Both the position numbers and the translations under genes were made by a program. From a virus (lineage: Duplodnaviria > Caudoviricetes), in the IMG/VR virus record IMGVR_UViG_3300027206_000008, positions 1 to 29,404 of that record: a DNA stretch of 29,404 bases. One strand, 5' to 3'. How positions within the stretch are numbered: the first letter of the stretch is position 1; every line of letters begins with the position of its first letter. A model generated the notes under the pieces. That model was given only the letters and a program-made list of their open reading frames with translations. It had not been told where the DNA came from and searched no databases. This document shows, piece by piece, positions 5,928 to 14,927 of this stretch.

Positions 5928-8143
5928 TGTACGAACAAAGCTTATATCACGTGGTAGAAGACCACATAAAGCCTAAAGTTGTTAATAGACTTAATAGGCT
6001 TAAAAAATGGAAATACGGATACGATAAAGATCACGACGTTGTTGTGGTTAGCAAAACAGGGCAAATAGGTGAAATATATAGTATACAAAACCTATTGATA
6101 GCTCTGCCTTTAGCTGAAGACGTTTATAAGTGCTCTAAAAAAATAACAGAACAACGATGGAATGTTTTAGATTATCCAGCTGAATTAAAAAGAATTAATA
6201 CAGTATATGATTGGAATCAAAAACCTATAGCGTTTAAAGAAAAGCATTATGAATATATTAACAAAGAGTTCGTTAGGCGTGAAGAAGGTTATTGGTACTA
6301 TAACAAAGGTGTTCCTACTTATATTACTGGTTCTCACTACATGTACTTGCAGTGGACTAAAATTGATGTGGGGCACGCAGACTTTAGAGAATCAAACAGA
6401 TTATTTTATATATTCTGGGAGGCTTGCAAGGCAGATTCAAGATGCTACGGACTGTGCTACCTTAAGAATAGACGCTCAGGCTTCTCTTTCATGGCTTCAT
6501 CGGACACCGTTAACCAGGCAACAATATCAAGAGATGCAAGGTTTGGTATCCTTAGTAAATCAGGAGCTGATGCGAAAAAGATGTTTACCGATAAGGTGGT
6601 ACCCATCTCAATCAACTATCCTTTCTTTTTCAAACCAATACAGGACGGAATGGAACGTCCCAAAACGGAGCTATCGTATAAAGTCCCGTCGAAGAGACTC
6701 ACTCGTAACTCCATTAAGGAGACAACCGAGGATCTCCAGGCAGGTCTCGACACCACGATCGACTGGAAGAACACAGGGGACAACTCGTACGATGGAGAGA
6801 AACTCAAGCTCCTCGTCCACGATGAATCGGGTAAATGGGAAAGGCCGGATAACATCCTCAACAACTGGCGCGTCACGAAGACAACGTTAAGATTAGGTAG
6901 AAGAATCGTCGGTAAATGTATGATGGGTTCTACTTCAAACGCATTAGATAAAGGTGGAGAAAACTTTAAAAAGCTATACGAAGCTTCGGATGTCAACAAA
7001 AGAAACCGCAACGGTCAGACTAGCTCAGGACTATATAGTATGTTCGTACCTATGGAATGGAACTACGAAGGATACATTGATTCTTATGGACTACCTGTAT
7101 TCGACACTCCAAAAAAACCAATCAAAGGTGTTGATGGAGAAGACATCGACATCGGTGTAATATCGCATTGGGAAAACGAAGTTGATGGTTTAAAGGACGA
7201 TCAAGATGGTTTAAATGAATACTATCGTCAGTTTCCAAGAACAGAGAAACACGCTTTCAGAGATGAAGCTAAGGAATCTTTGTTTAATTTGACTAAAATA
7301 TACGAGCAAATAGACTATAATGAAGATCTTCGTAATACTAATGTAGTTACACAGGGTAATTTTCAATGGGAAGGTGGGATTAAAGATACTAGGGTAATGT
7401 TTGTACCTAATAAAAACGGCAGATTTCTAGTTAGTTGGGTTCCTCCAGTTGGACTACAGAATAGATACAATATAAAAAACAATATAAAATACCCTGGAAA
7501 TGAACACTGTGGAGCGTTTGGATGTGATAGTTATGATATATCTGGTACTGTTGACGGTAAAGGCTCTAAAGGATCTTTGCACGGATTAACTAAGTTTTCA
7601 ATGGAAGACGTACCGCCTAATTTGTTCTTTTTAGAATACATATCAAGACCACAGACTGCTGATATATTCTTTGAAGATGTTCTTATGGCTTTAATATTTT
7701 ATGGTATGCCTATATTGGCAGAGAATAACAAACCTAGACTCTTATATTACATGAAGAGAAGAGGTTACAGAGGTTATTCTATGAATAGACCTGACAAAGT
7801 TATGCATAAGTTATCAGTAACAGAAAGAGAAATAGGTGGAATACCTAATTCAAGTGAAGATATAAAGCAAGCTCACGCAGCTGCTATTGAAGATTATATA
7901 GAAAACCACGTTGGCCTTGGACAAGACGGATATGGAAATACATATTTTCAAAGAACATTAGAAGACTGGGCTAAGTTTAATATAAATAATAGAACAAAAC
8001 ACGATGCTTCTATTAGTTCGGGTTTAGCTATAATGGCATGTAATAAACATAGATATACACCTGTTGCAAAAAGAGTAATATCTCAAGTATCATTAGGTTT
8101 TAGAAAATATAACAATACAGGTGAAAATTCAAAAATAATATAA
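5927..8143 (+). CDS. terL: Terminase large subunit
   Basis: Walker A-like KNRRSGFS, Walker B LLVHDE, motif III GSTSN, RNase H-like nuclease FGCDSYD...HDASIS. Lies upstream of the portal. Confidence 0.93.
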   Translation: MYEQSLYHVVEDHIKPKVVNRLNRLKKWKYGYDKDHDVVVVSKTGQIGEIYSIQNLLIALPLAEDVYKCSKKITEQRWNVLDYPAELKRINTVYDWNQKPIAFKEKHYEYINKEFVRREEGYWYYNKGVPTYITGSHYMYLQWTKIDVGHADFRESNRLFYIFWEACKADSRCYGLCYLKNRRSGFSFMASSDTVNQATISRDARFGILSKSGADAKKMFTDKVVPISINYPFFFKPIQDGMERPKTELSYKVPSKRLTRNSIKETTEDLQAGLDTTIDWKNTGDNSYDGEKLKLLVHDESGKWERPDNILNNWRVTKTTLRLGRRIVGKCMMGSTSNALDKGGENFKKLYEASDVNKRNRNGQTSSGLYSMFVPMEWNYEGYIDSYGLPVFDTPKKPIKGVDGEDIDIGVISHWENEVDGLKDDQDGLNEYYRQFPRTEKHAFRDEAKESLFNLTKIYEQIDYNEDLRNTNVVTQGNFQWEGGIKDTRVMFVPNKNGRFLVSWVPPVGLQNRYNIKNNIKYPGNEHCGAFGCDSYDISGTVDGKGSKGSLHGLTKFSMEDVPPNLFFLEYISRPQTADIFFEDVLMALIFYGMPILAENNKPRLLYYMKRRGYRGYSMNRPDKVMHKLSVTEREIGGIPNSSEDIKQAHAAAIEDYIENHVGLGQDGYGNTYFQRTLEDWAKFNINNRTKHDASISSGLAIMACNKHRYTPVAKRVISQVSLGFRKYNNTGENSKII
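6249..6890 (+). CDS. Candidate overprinted lipoprotein nested in the +1 frame of terL (alternative start GTG 6279)
   Basis: 213 stop-free codons, signal-like KKVIGTITKVFLLILLVLTTC, Arg/Ser/Thr-rich tail, and a local GC rise. Confidence 0.55.
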   Translation: MNILTKSSLGVKKVIGTITKVFLLILLVLTTCTCSGLKLMWGTQTLENQTDYFIYSGRLARQIQDATDCATLRIDAQASLSWLHRTPLTRQQYQEMQGLVSLVNQELMRKRCLPIRWYPSQSTILSFSNQYRTEWNVPKRSYRIKSRRRDSLVTPLRRQPRISRQVSTPRSTGRTQGTTRTMERNSSSSSTMNRVNGKGRITSSTTGASRRQR

Positions 8144-8146
8144 TAA

Positions 8147-10558
8147 ATGGTTTATACTAATAATAACAGCATCTTTCCAGATCAGGTGGTACCTGAAGAA
8201 GAAAAGAAATCATTTGAATATGGTTTAGCTGTTGGAAACGCTATTGAACAAGAGTGGTTTAGAAACAACAGTGGACAGAATAGGTTTTCCTATAATTTCC
8301 AGAACTTTAATAGACTAAGATTATACGCTAGAGGCGAACAGCCTGTGCAAAAATATAAAGATGAATTATCAAACAACGGTGATTTGTCTTACTTAAATTT
8401 AGACTGGAAGCCAATTCCAGTTTTATCTAAATTTGTTGATATAGTAGTTAATGGTATGACAGAAAAAGGATATGAATTAAATTCATTTGCTTCTGATCCA
8501 TTTGCATTAAAACAACGTACCGACTTCGCTTCTAATGCTTTACGTGACATAAAAAACAAAGCAGCAATTGACCAATTGTCTCAAGCTACAGGTCAAAACT
8601 TTTATGCATCTACAGATCCAGATAATCTGCCAAGAGATCAAAACGAATTAGATTTATTCATGCAGCTTAATTATAAGCAAAGCATTGAAATAGCTGAAGA
8701 GGAAGTTATAAACAACGTTCTTGATTCTAACAAGTTTGACGAAACAAAGAAAAGACTTGCGTACGATTTAACTGTATTAGGCATATCAGCTGTAAAAACT
8801 AGTTTTAATCTATCTGAAGGAGTTACTATTGATTATGTAAATCCAGCTAATTTAGTTTATTCAGCTACTGACGATCCTAATTTTGAAGATATATATTATG
8901 TTGGTGAAATAAAAAGCATAACATTACCTGAAATTAAAAAGTTATTTCCAAATCTAACTGACGAGGAATTAGAAAGAATACAAAAATATCCAGGTCGCCA
9001 AAACTACGCTCAAAGCGACTGGCAAGTTAATAGCGATGTTAATCAACATCAAGTATTGTTTTTTGAATATAAGACGTATCAAGATCAAGTATTTAAGATA
9101 AAACAAACAGAGCAAGGATTAGAAAAGACTTTAGAAAAACAAGATACTTTTAATCCACCACCTAGTGATAACTTTGAAAGAGCTTCAAGATCTATAGAGG
9201 TTTTATATACAGGAGCAAAGATACTAGGCATGGGTGACAGTATACTTAAATGGGAACTGTCTGAAAACATGACAAGACCATACGGCGACGTTACAAAGGT
9301 TAACATGAATTATGTTATATCTGCACCTAGAATGTATCAAGGACGTATAGAGTCCATAGTTAGTAGAACAACAGGTTTTGCTGATATGATACAATTAACT
9401 CATTTAAAACTACAACAAGTTTTAGCTAGATTAGTTCCTGATGGAGTTTATGTAGATGTGGATGGTTTAGCGGAAGTTGATTTAGGTAATGGAACAAACT
9501 ATAATCCAGCAGAAGCATTAAACATGTATTTCCAGACTGGTACTATAGTTGGTAGATCACTCACTCAAGACGGTGAAATGAATCGAGGTAAAGTACCTAT
9601 TCAAGAATTGCAAAGTTCTTCAGGTATATCCAAGATACAAGCCATGATACAAACGTATCAATATTATCTTCAGATGATTCGTGATGTAACCGGATTAAAT
9701 GAAGCTAGAGATGGAAGTGCTCCTGATAAAAACGCATTAGTTGGTTTACAAAAATTAGCAGCAGCAAACTCTAACACAGCAACAAGACATATATTACAGT
9801 CTTTAATGTACTTAACGGTAAGAGCTTGTGAAAATGTAAGTCTTAGAGTTAGCGATATGTTACAATTCCCATTAACTAAAGCTTCATTGTTAAACAGCAT
9901 TAACGCTTTCAATGTAGCTACGCTGCAAGAAATAGATTCTTTATCAATACACGAGTTTGGCATATTCTTAGACTTAGAGCCAGACGAAGAAGATAAAGCT
10001 CAATTAGAAAAAAGTATACAAATCGCTTTACAGGCTGGAGGAATTAAGCTAGCAGACGCTATAGACATTAGAGAAATACAAAACATTAAGTTAGCTAATA
10101 CACTTCTTAAATTTAGACAGTCTGAAAACGAAGCTGCTGAAAGAGCTGCTCAAATGGAAAATATTCAAGCTCAAGCTCAAGCTAATAGTGAAGCTGCAGA
10201 AAAAGCAGCAGCAGCTGAAGTACAAAAACAACAAGCATTGGCTCAGACAACTGTTCAAATAGAGCAAGCTAAATCTCAGTTTGAAATACAACGTATGGAG
10301 CAAGAGGCTGAAATCAAAAGAGGTTTGATGGCTGAAGAGTTTTCGTATCAAATGAAACTAGCTGAAATGCAAGCTCAAGTAACTTCTCAAAAAGAAGCGC
10401 AAATAGAAGATAGAAAAGACAAACGATTACAAATGCAAGGCACTCAACAGAGTGAACTTATAGATCAAAGACAAAATGATCTACTGCCTAAAAACTTTGA
10501 ATCATCAGGTAACGATAACTTAGATGGCTTCGGTTTAGAGCAATTTACCCCAAGATAG
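8147..10558 (+). CDS. Portal protein
   Basis: 803 aa between terL and the scaffold/MCP. Contains the IRDVTGLNEARDG motif and a long Gln/Ala/Glu coiled-coil C-terminus typical of P22-like podovirus portals. Confidence 0.88.
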   Translation: MVYTNNNSIFPDQVVPEEEKKSFEYGLAVGNAIEQEWFRNNSGQNRFSYNFQNFNRLRLYARGEQPVQKYKDELSNNGDLSYLNLDWKPIPVLSKFVDIVVNGMTEKGYELNSFASDPFALKQRTDFASNALRDIKNKAAIDQLSQATGQNFYASTDPDNLPRDQNELDLFMQLNYKQSIEIAEEEVINNVLDSNKFDETKKRLAYDLTVLGISAVKTSFNLSEGVTIDYVNPANLVYSATDDPNFEDIYYVGEIKSITLPEIKKLFPNLTDEELERIQKYPGRQNYAQSDWQVNSDVNQHQVLFFEYKTYQDQVFKIKQTEQGLEKTLEKQDTFNPPPSDNFERASRSIEVLYTGAKILGMGDSILKWELSENMTRPYGDVTKVNMNYVISAPRMYQGRIESIVSRTTGFADMIQLTHLKLQQVLARLVPDGVYVDVDGLAEVDLGNGTNYNPAEALNMYFQTGTIVGRSLTQDGEMNRGKVPIQELQSSSGISKIQAMIQTYQYYLQMIRDVTGLNEARDGSAPDKNALVGLQKLAAANSNTATRHILQSLMYLTVRACENVSLRVSDMLQFPLTKASLLNSINAFNVATLQEIDSLSIHEFGIFLDLEPDEEDKAQLEKSIQIALQAGGIKLADAIDIREIQNIKLANTLLKFRQSENEAAERAAQMENIQAQAQANSEAAEKAAAAEVQKQQALAQTTVQIEQAKSQFEIQRMEQEAEIKRGLMAEEFSYQMKLAEMQAQVTSQKEAQIEDRKDKRLQMQGTQQSELIDQRQNDLLPKNFESSGNDNLDGFGLEQFTPR

Positions 10559-10573
10559 GGATTATTAATTTTT

Positions 10574-10589
10574 ATTATATTATATTATG
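10574..10589 (+). promoter_or_regulatory. Repeated leader ATTATATTATATTATG (copy 1)
   Basis: Identical 16-mer at 13334-13349; both end in a start codon. Confidence 0.55.
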
Positions 10590-11795
10590 TCAGAAGAAGT
10601 AAAAGAAGTAAAACAAGAAGGTGAATTTAAAGTAAAGCACACTATGCCTAAATACAAGGACATGGGAGCTATTCCAGAAATCACTAAAGTAGATTTAACT
10701 AAAAAACCAACAGAAGATGCCATTCAAATCGGAGAAACAGAAGCAGTGGTTGATGATAAACAAACCGGAGATATACCAAAAGTGGAAGAACAAGTACGGG
10801 AGTCCAGCGAGATTACTAAAGTTCAAATTAAAAGCGAAGAAGTAGAATCTCCATTAGAATTAATAGAAGATGAAAACGATAACGCTGAAGAGATCACAAT
10901 GGTTGGAGGCACTGAAAGTCCCAACACCTCACAGGAACAAAAAGAAGTATTACCGCAAACTGAAGCACAAAACGTACCAGAAAATTTAGAAAAATTAGTT
11001 TCTTTTATGGAAGAGACTGGTGGGACTATAGATGACTATGCTAGATTAAACGCAGACTATAGCAATGTGGATGGAGAAGCATTGTTAAAAGAATACTACA
11101 AACAAGCTAAACCACATTTAGATTCAGAAGAAATTCAATTTGTAATTGAAGACTCTTTTAATTATGATGAGGATTTAGACGAAGCAAGAGATATTCGAAA
11201 GAAAAAACTTGCATATAAAGAAGAGGTTGCAAAAGCTAAAAGCTATTTGGATTCACTTAAGGATAAATACTACGCAGAGATCAAGTTGAGACCTGGAGTT
11301 AATCCTGAGCAACAAAAAGCTACAGACTTTTTTAACCGATACAACGAGGAGCAGGCAGCTACCAAAGTTAACCAAGACAGATTCATTAGCCAAACAAACG
11401 AGCTTCTTAACAACGACTTCAAAGGTTTTGATTTTAAAGTTGGAGAGAAAAAGTTTAGATATGGCGTTAAAGATCCAGTTAAGGTTGCAGATAACCAAAA
11501 AGACATTTCTACATTCATTAAGACGTTCTTAAATGACAAAGGAGAAGTTGTTGATGCAAAAGGTTATCATAAGGCTTTGTACGCAGCGCGAAATGCCGAC
11601 ACTATAGCACAACACTTTTATGAGCAAGGTAAAACAGATGCGATTAAAAGTCAATTAGCTAAATCTAAAAACATAACTACAGAGCCTCGAGCTACGCAAG
11701 ATGGTAATGTGTTTGTTAATGGATTAAAAGTAAAAGCAATTAGCGGTCTTGATTCTTCAAAGCTTAAGATTAAAACAAGAAAATTTAACAATTAA
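10587..11795 (+). CDS. Probable capsid scaffolding protein
   Basis: 402 aa with an acidic, disordered N-terminus and a helical core. Lies between portal and MCP. Confidence 0.75.
   Translation: MSEEVKEVKQEGEFKVKHTMPKYKDMGAIPEITKVDLTKKPTEDAIQIGETEAVVDDKQTGDIPKVEEQVRESSEITKVQIKSEEVESPLELIEDENDNAEEITMVGGTESPNTSQEQKEVLPQTEAQNVPENLEKLVSFMEETGGTIDDYARLNADYSNVDGEALLKEYYKQAKPHLDSEEIQFVIEDSFNYDEDLDEARDIRKKKLAYKEEVAKAKSYLDSLKDKYYAEIKLRPGVNPEQQKATDFFNRYNEEQAATKVNQDRFISQTNELLNNDFKGFDFKVGEKKFRYGVKDPVKVADNQKDISTFIKTFLNDKGEVVDAKGYHKALYAARNADTIAQHFYEQGKTDAIKSQLAKSKNITTEPRATQDGNVFVNGLKVKAISGLDSSKLKIKTRKFNN
10717..10845 (+). CDS. Candidate nested 42-aa basic protein (MPFKS type), +1 frame of the scaffold gene
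   Basis: Hand translation: MPFKSEKQKQWLMINKPEIYQKWKNKYGSPARLLKFKLKAKK, ATG to TAG. Confidence 0.6.
   Translation: MPFKSEKQKQWLMINKPEIYQKWKNKYGSPARLLKFKLKAKK
10870..10989 (+). CDS. Candidate nested 39-aa basic protein with an ArfA-like tail, +1 frame of the scaffold gene
   Basis: Hand translation: MKTITLKRSQWLEALKVPTPHRNKKKYYRKLKHKTYQKI, ATG to TAG. Confidence 0.5.
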   Translation: MKTITLKRSQWLEALKVPTPHRNKKKYYRKLKHKTYQKI

Positions 11796-11807
11796 AATTA
11801 AACTATT

Positions 11808-13268
11808 ATGGCTTCATTAAGTCCACAATTTGGTTCGATAGTACCTTCGCAAGCACAACAATTGCTAGCAACAAACTATTTAGCGTTTAACACAGGCGCT
11901 GGTAATGATTTTGCACAACAGTATCTACCTGAAATCTACGAACAAGAAGTAGAGCGTTACGGAAACAGAACTCTTTCTGGATTCTTACGTATGGTTGGAG
12001 CTGAAATGCCAATGACATCAGATCAAGTTATTTGGTCAGAACAAAATAGATTACACATTGCATATGACAATTGTGCTAACGCAATTGCTGGTGGTGTATC
12101 AACTATTACTATTCCAGTAAGAGCTGCTGCCGCTGGTCTTCCTGCTATTACTAACGTAGTGTCTCCGGGGCAAACTATAGTTGCTTTGGACGGTGCTGGA
12201 AACGAACTTAAATGTATCGTAACTAGCAGCACAACAAACACTGGTGCTCTTATCGTTGCTCCTTATACTGCTCAGACTACAGCTGCTTTAGGTGCTGTTG
12301 TTAAGATATTTGTATATGGTTCTGAATTTAATAAAGGATCACAAACAAACAACTGGAATGGTGTAGCTGGAGCACAAGTTGGTACTACTAATATTAGTAT
12401 TGATCCTGCTTTTACTCAATTCTCTAACTCTCCTATCATTATTCGTAACACTTATACTATCAACGGTTCTGACATGGCTCAGATTGGTTGGGTAGAAGTT
12501 GCTACTGAAGACGGAACTTCTGGATACTTATGGTATTTAAAAGCTGAATCTGAAACTCGTTTACGTTTTGAAGACTATTTAGAGATGAGCGTTATTGAAG
12601 GCGAGCTTGCTAGTGCTGCTGGTGCTGGATCTGCTGCAAATGCAGGATTCAAAGGTACTGAAGGTATGTTTGCTGCTATACAGTCTAGAGGTAATGTTGA
12701 GGTTGGATTTAGCGGCGCAAGCGGTTTAGATGACTTTGATGAGATTTTAAAGAACTTAGATACTCAAGGAGCTATTGAAGAAAACATGCTATTTTTACAG
12801 CGTCAAACTTCACTAGAATTTGACAACATGCTAAGCGCTGTGTCTCAAGGATCTCAAGGAGGTACTGCTTATGGACTGTTTGAAAACTCTGAAGAAATGG
12901 CATTAAACCTAGGGTTTAGCGGTTTCCGTAGAGGATCTTATGATTTCTACAAAACTGATTGGAAATACTTAAACGATGCTTCAACTCGTGGTGCTCAAAC
13001 AGGACCATCTTCTATCGAAGGTGTACTAGTACCAGCTGGAACTTCTACAGTATACGATCAAATTTTAGGAACTAACATCCGCAGACCATTCTTACATGTA
13101 CGATACAGAGCTTCTCAAACAGAAGATCGTCGTATGAAGTCTTGGTTAACTGGATCAGCAGGTGGTGCTTTCACAAGTACTCTTGATGCGATGGAGGTTA
13201 ACTTCCTATCTGAAAGATGTTTAGTAGTACAAGCTGCTAATAACTTTGTACTCTTTAAAGGAGTGTAA
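11808..13268 (+). CDS. Major capsid protein
   Basis: 486 aa after the scaffold, with strongly biased codons and a following terminator. The N-terminal QQYLPEIYEQEVERYGNRT and C-terminal LSERCL patterns are recalled from Bacteroidota podovirus MCPs. Confidence 0.88.
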   Translation: MASLSPQFGSIVPSQAQQLLATNYLAFNTGAGNDFAQQYLPEIYEQEVERYGNRTLSGFLRMVGAEMPMTSDQVIWSEQNRLHIAYDNCANAIAGGVSTITIPVRAAAAGLPAITNVVSPGQTIVALDGAGNELKCIVTSSTTNTGALIVAPYTAQTTAALGAVVKIFVYGSEFNKGSQTNNWNGVAGAQVGTTNISIDPAFTQFSNSPIIIRNTYTINGSDMAQIGWVEVATEDGTSGYLWYLKAESETRLRFEDYLEMSVIEGELASAAGAGSAANAGFKGTEGMFAAIQSRGNVEVGFSGASGLDDFDEILKNLDTQGAIEENMLFLQRQTSLEFDNMLSAVSQGSQGGTAYGLFENSEEMALNLGFSGFRRGSYDFYKTDWKYLNDASTRGAQTGPSSIEGVLVPAGTSTVYDQILGTNIRRPFLHVRYRASQTEDRRMKSWLTGSAGGAFTSTLDAMEVNFLSERCLVVQAANNFVLFKGV

Positions 13269-13275
13269 TTACTAC

Positions 13276-13321
13276 AGTAAGATTTACCCTCGTTGAACTG
13301 ACGGGGGTAATACTTACTTTT
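13276..13321 (+). terminator. Rho-independent terminator after the MCP gene
   Basis: Stem TTACCCTCGTT/GACGGGGGTAA (two G-U pairs) with loop GAACT, outer stem AGTAAG/CTTACT, then a T run. Confidence 0.8.
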
Positions 13322-13333
13322 ATTAAATATTAA

Positions 13334-13349
13334 ATTATATTATATTATG
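13334..13349 (+). promoter_or_regulatory. Repeated leader ATTATATTATATTATG (copy 2)
   Basis: Identical to 10574-10589. Confidence 0.55.
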
Positions 13350-14111
13350 GCTAAAAAACAAGCAACTCAAGATACGTCTTGGGAAATTAAAGACAGAACG
13401 TATTTCCTAAAAGGACCTCACAATCCTTTAACATTAAAAATACCTTCAAAACATACAGCAAGGCATCCACTACTGTGGTATGACACTGAAAAAAATGAAC
13501 AAAGAGAAGTAAGATACGCTACTAATCAAAACTCTCCATTTAAAGATGAACAAGCTGGCGAAGCTACACTTGGCCATATTAGATTTAAAGAAGGAAGTTT
13601 ATTAGTTCAAAAGAAAGATCAAGCTCTTCAAAAAATATTATCTATATATCATCCTCTTTTAGGAGTTCTATACACTGAACAAGATATTATAGAGGAAGCT
13701 AAAGATGATTTGTTTGAATTAGAAATGGAATTAGAGGCTATGAACATTGCTAAAAACATTGATATTGATCAGTGTGAAGCTATACTACGCGTAGAATTAG
13801 GATCTAAAGTATCAGACATGAGTTCTAAGGAGCTTAAAAGAGATTTATTCTTATTTGCTAAGCATAATCCTAAGCTGTTCTTAGATCTTGCTAATGATGA
13901 CAATGTTCAACTTAGAAACTTTGCAATTAGAGCAACTGAAGCTAATATAATTAAATTAGCTGATGACCAAAGAACATTTACTTGGGCTTCTAATGGTAGA
14001 AAATTAATGACAGTACCTTTTGACGAAAATCCATACTCAGCTATGGCGTCTTTCTTCAAGACAGACGAAGGAATACAAGTATTCCAGTCTATAGAGAAAA
14101 AGTTCTCTTAA
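13347..14111 (+). CDS. Conserved hypothetical protein downstream of the MCP
   Basis: 254-aa ORF flanked by two terminators. Confidence 0.85.
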   Translation: MAKKQATQDTSWEIKDRTYFLKGPHNPLTLKIPSKHTARHPLLWYDTEKNEQREVRYATNQNSPFKDEQAGEATLGHIRFKEGSLLVQKKDQALQKILSIYHPLLGVLYTEQDIIEEAKDDLFELEMELEAMNIAKNIDIDQCEAILRVELGSKVSDMSSKELKRDLFLFAKHNPKLFLDLANDDNVQLRNFAIRATEANIIKLADDQRTFTWASNGRKLMTVPFDENPYSAMASFFKTDEGIQVFQSIEKKFS

Positions 14112-14122
14112 CATGTAATATT

Positions 14123-14151
14123 ATAAGGGAGGCGCAAGCCTCCTTTATTTT
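14123..14151 (+). terminator. Rho-independent terminator
   Basis: TAAGGGAGGC-GCAA-GCCTCCTTTA hairpin with a GNRA loop, followed by TTTT. Confidence 0.85.
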
Positions 14152-14165
14152 AATAATAATAACAA

Positions 14166-14924
14166 ATGGCTATAAACGTAAATACAGTATATCAAACTGT
14201 TTTAATGATACTGAATAAAGAGCAGCGTGGTTATATGACTCCGACTGAATTTAACACAGTAGCAACACAAGTACAGTTAGAAATATTTGAAAAATACTTC
14301 GATGATCTTAATCAGCAACTACGTGTACCTCAAGCAGATACAGATTATGCGGATAGACAAGAAAATATTGATGAAAAATTAGCTATTTTTAAAACATTTG
14401 GTAGTGCTGTTTACGATTCTACTACAGATCCTTTAACACCTTATTTTAGTTTACCTACTACAGATGGATACGGTAAAGAAGTTGTTTTTTATAGACTAGG
14501 TAACGTGCTTTATAATGACGAAACTGTAGTACAAAGACTAGACAGGCGTGAGTTTTATTATGCTAATCAGTCTAGACTTACTAAACCTAGCACTATAAAT
14601 CCAGCTTATCTTTATGAAAATGAAAAGTTATTTGTAAAACCTACAAGTATAACAAATAAAATAAAAGTTGATTATGTTAGAAAACCTAATAACATAATAT
14701 GGGGATTTGACATTGGAACATTAGGTCAGTATGTATGGAATGAGACTCCTTTCGATGCTAATAATCAGCAAACTGGTTCTGTAAATTTTGAACTACATCA
14801 TTCAGAACAAACGGAAATTATACTTAAAATATTACTATATTCTGGTATAATAATAAGAGATCCTCAAATAGTTCAAGCGGCTGCAGCGCAAGTTCAAGCT
14901 GATGAAGTAAATAAAAAAAGTTAA
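14166..14924 (+). CDS. Putative head-tail adaptor / tail ring protein
   Basis: 252 aa with a helical N-terminus (LNKEQRGY.TP.EFN), beta core (VDYVRKP) and helical C-terminus. Positional inference. Confidence 0.65.
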   Translation: MAINVNTVYQTVLMILNKEQRGYMTPTEFNTVATQVQLEIFEKYFDDLNQQLRVPQADTDYADRQENIDEKLAIFKTFGSAVYDSTTDPLTPYFSLPTTDGYGKEVVFYRLGNVLYNDETVVQRLDRREFYYANQSRLTKPSTINPAYLYENEKLFVKPTSITNKIKVDYVRKPNNIIWGFDIGTLGQYVWNETPFDANNQQTGSVNFELHHSEQTEIILKILLYSGIIIRDPQIVQAAAAQVQADEVNKKS

Positions 14925-14927
14925 CAA

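Noticed and set aside
6616-7011. 131-aa antisense ORF in terL
   Set aside because: Likely a by-product of local GC elevation and codon bias. No motif and no other minus-strand genes nearby.
6954-7160. Second +1-frame ORF (68 aa) in terL
   Set aside because: Separated from the 6249-6890 ORF by stops, has no recognisable features, and shows weaker compositional support.
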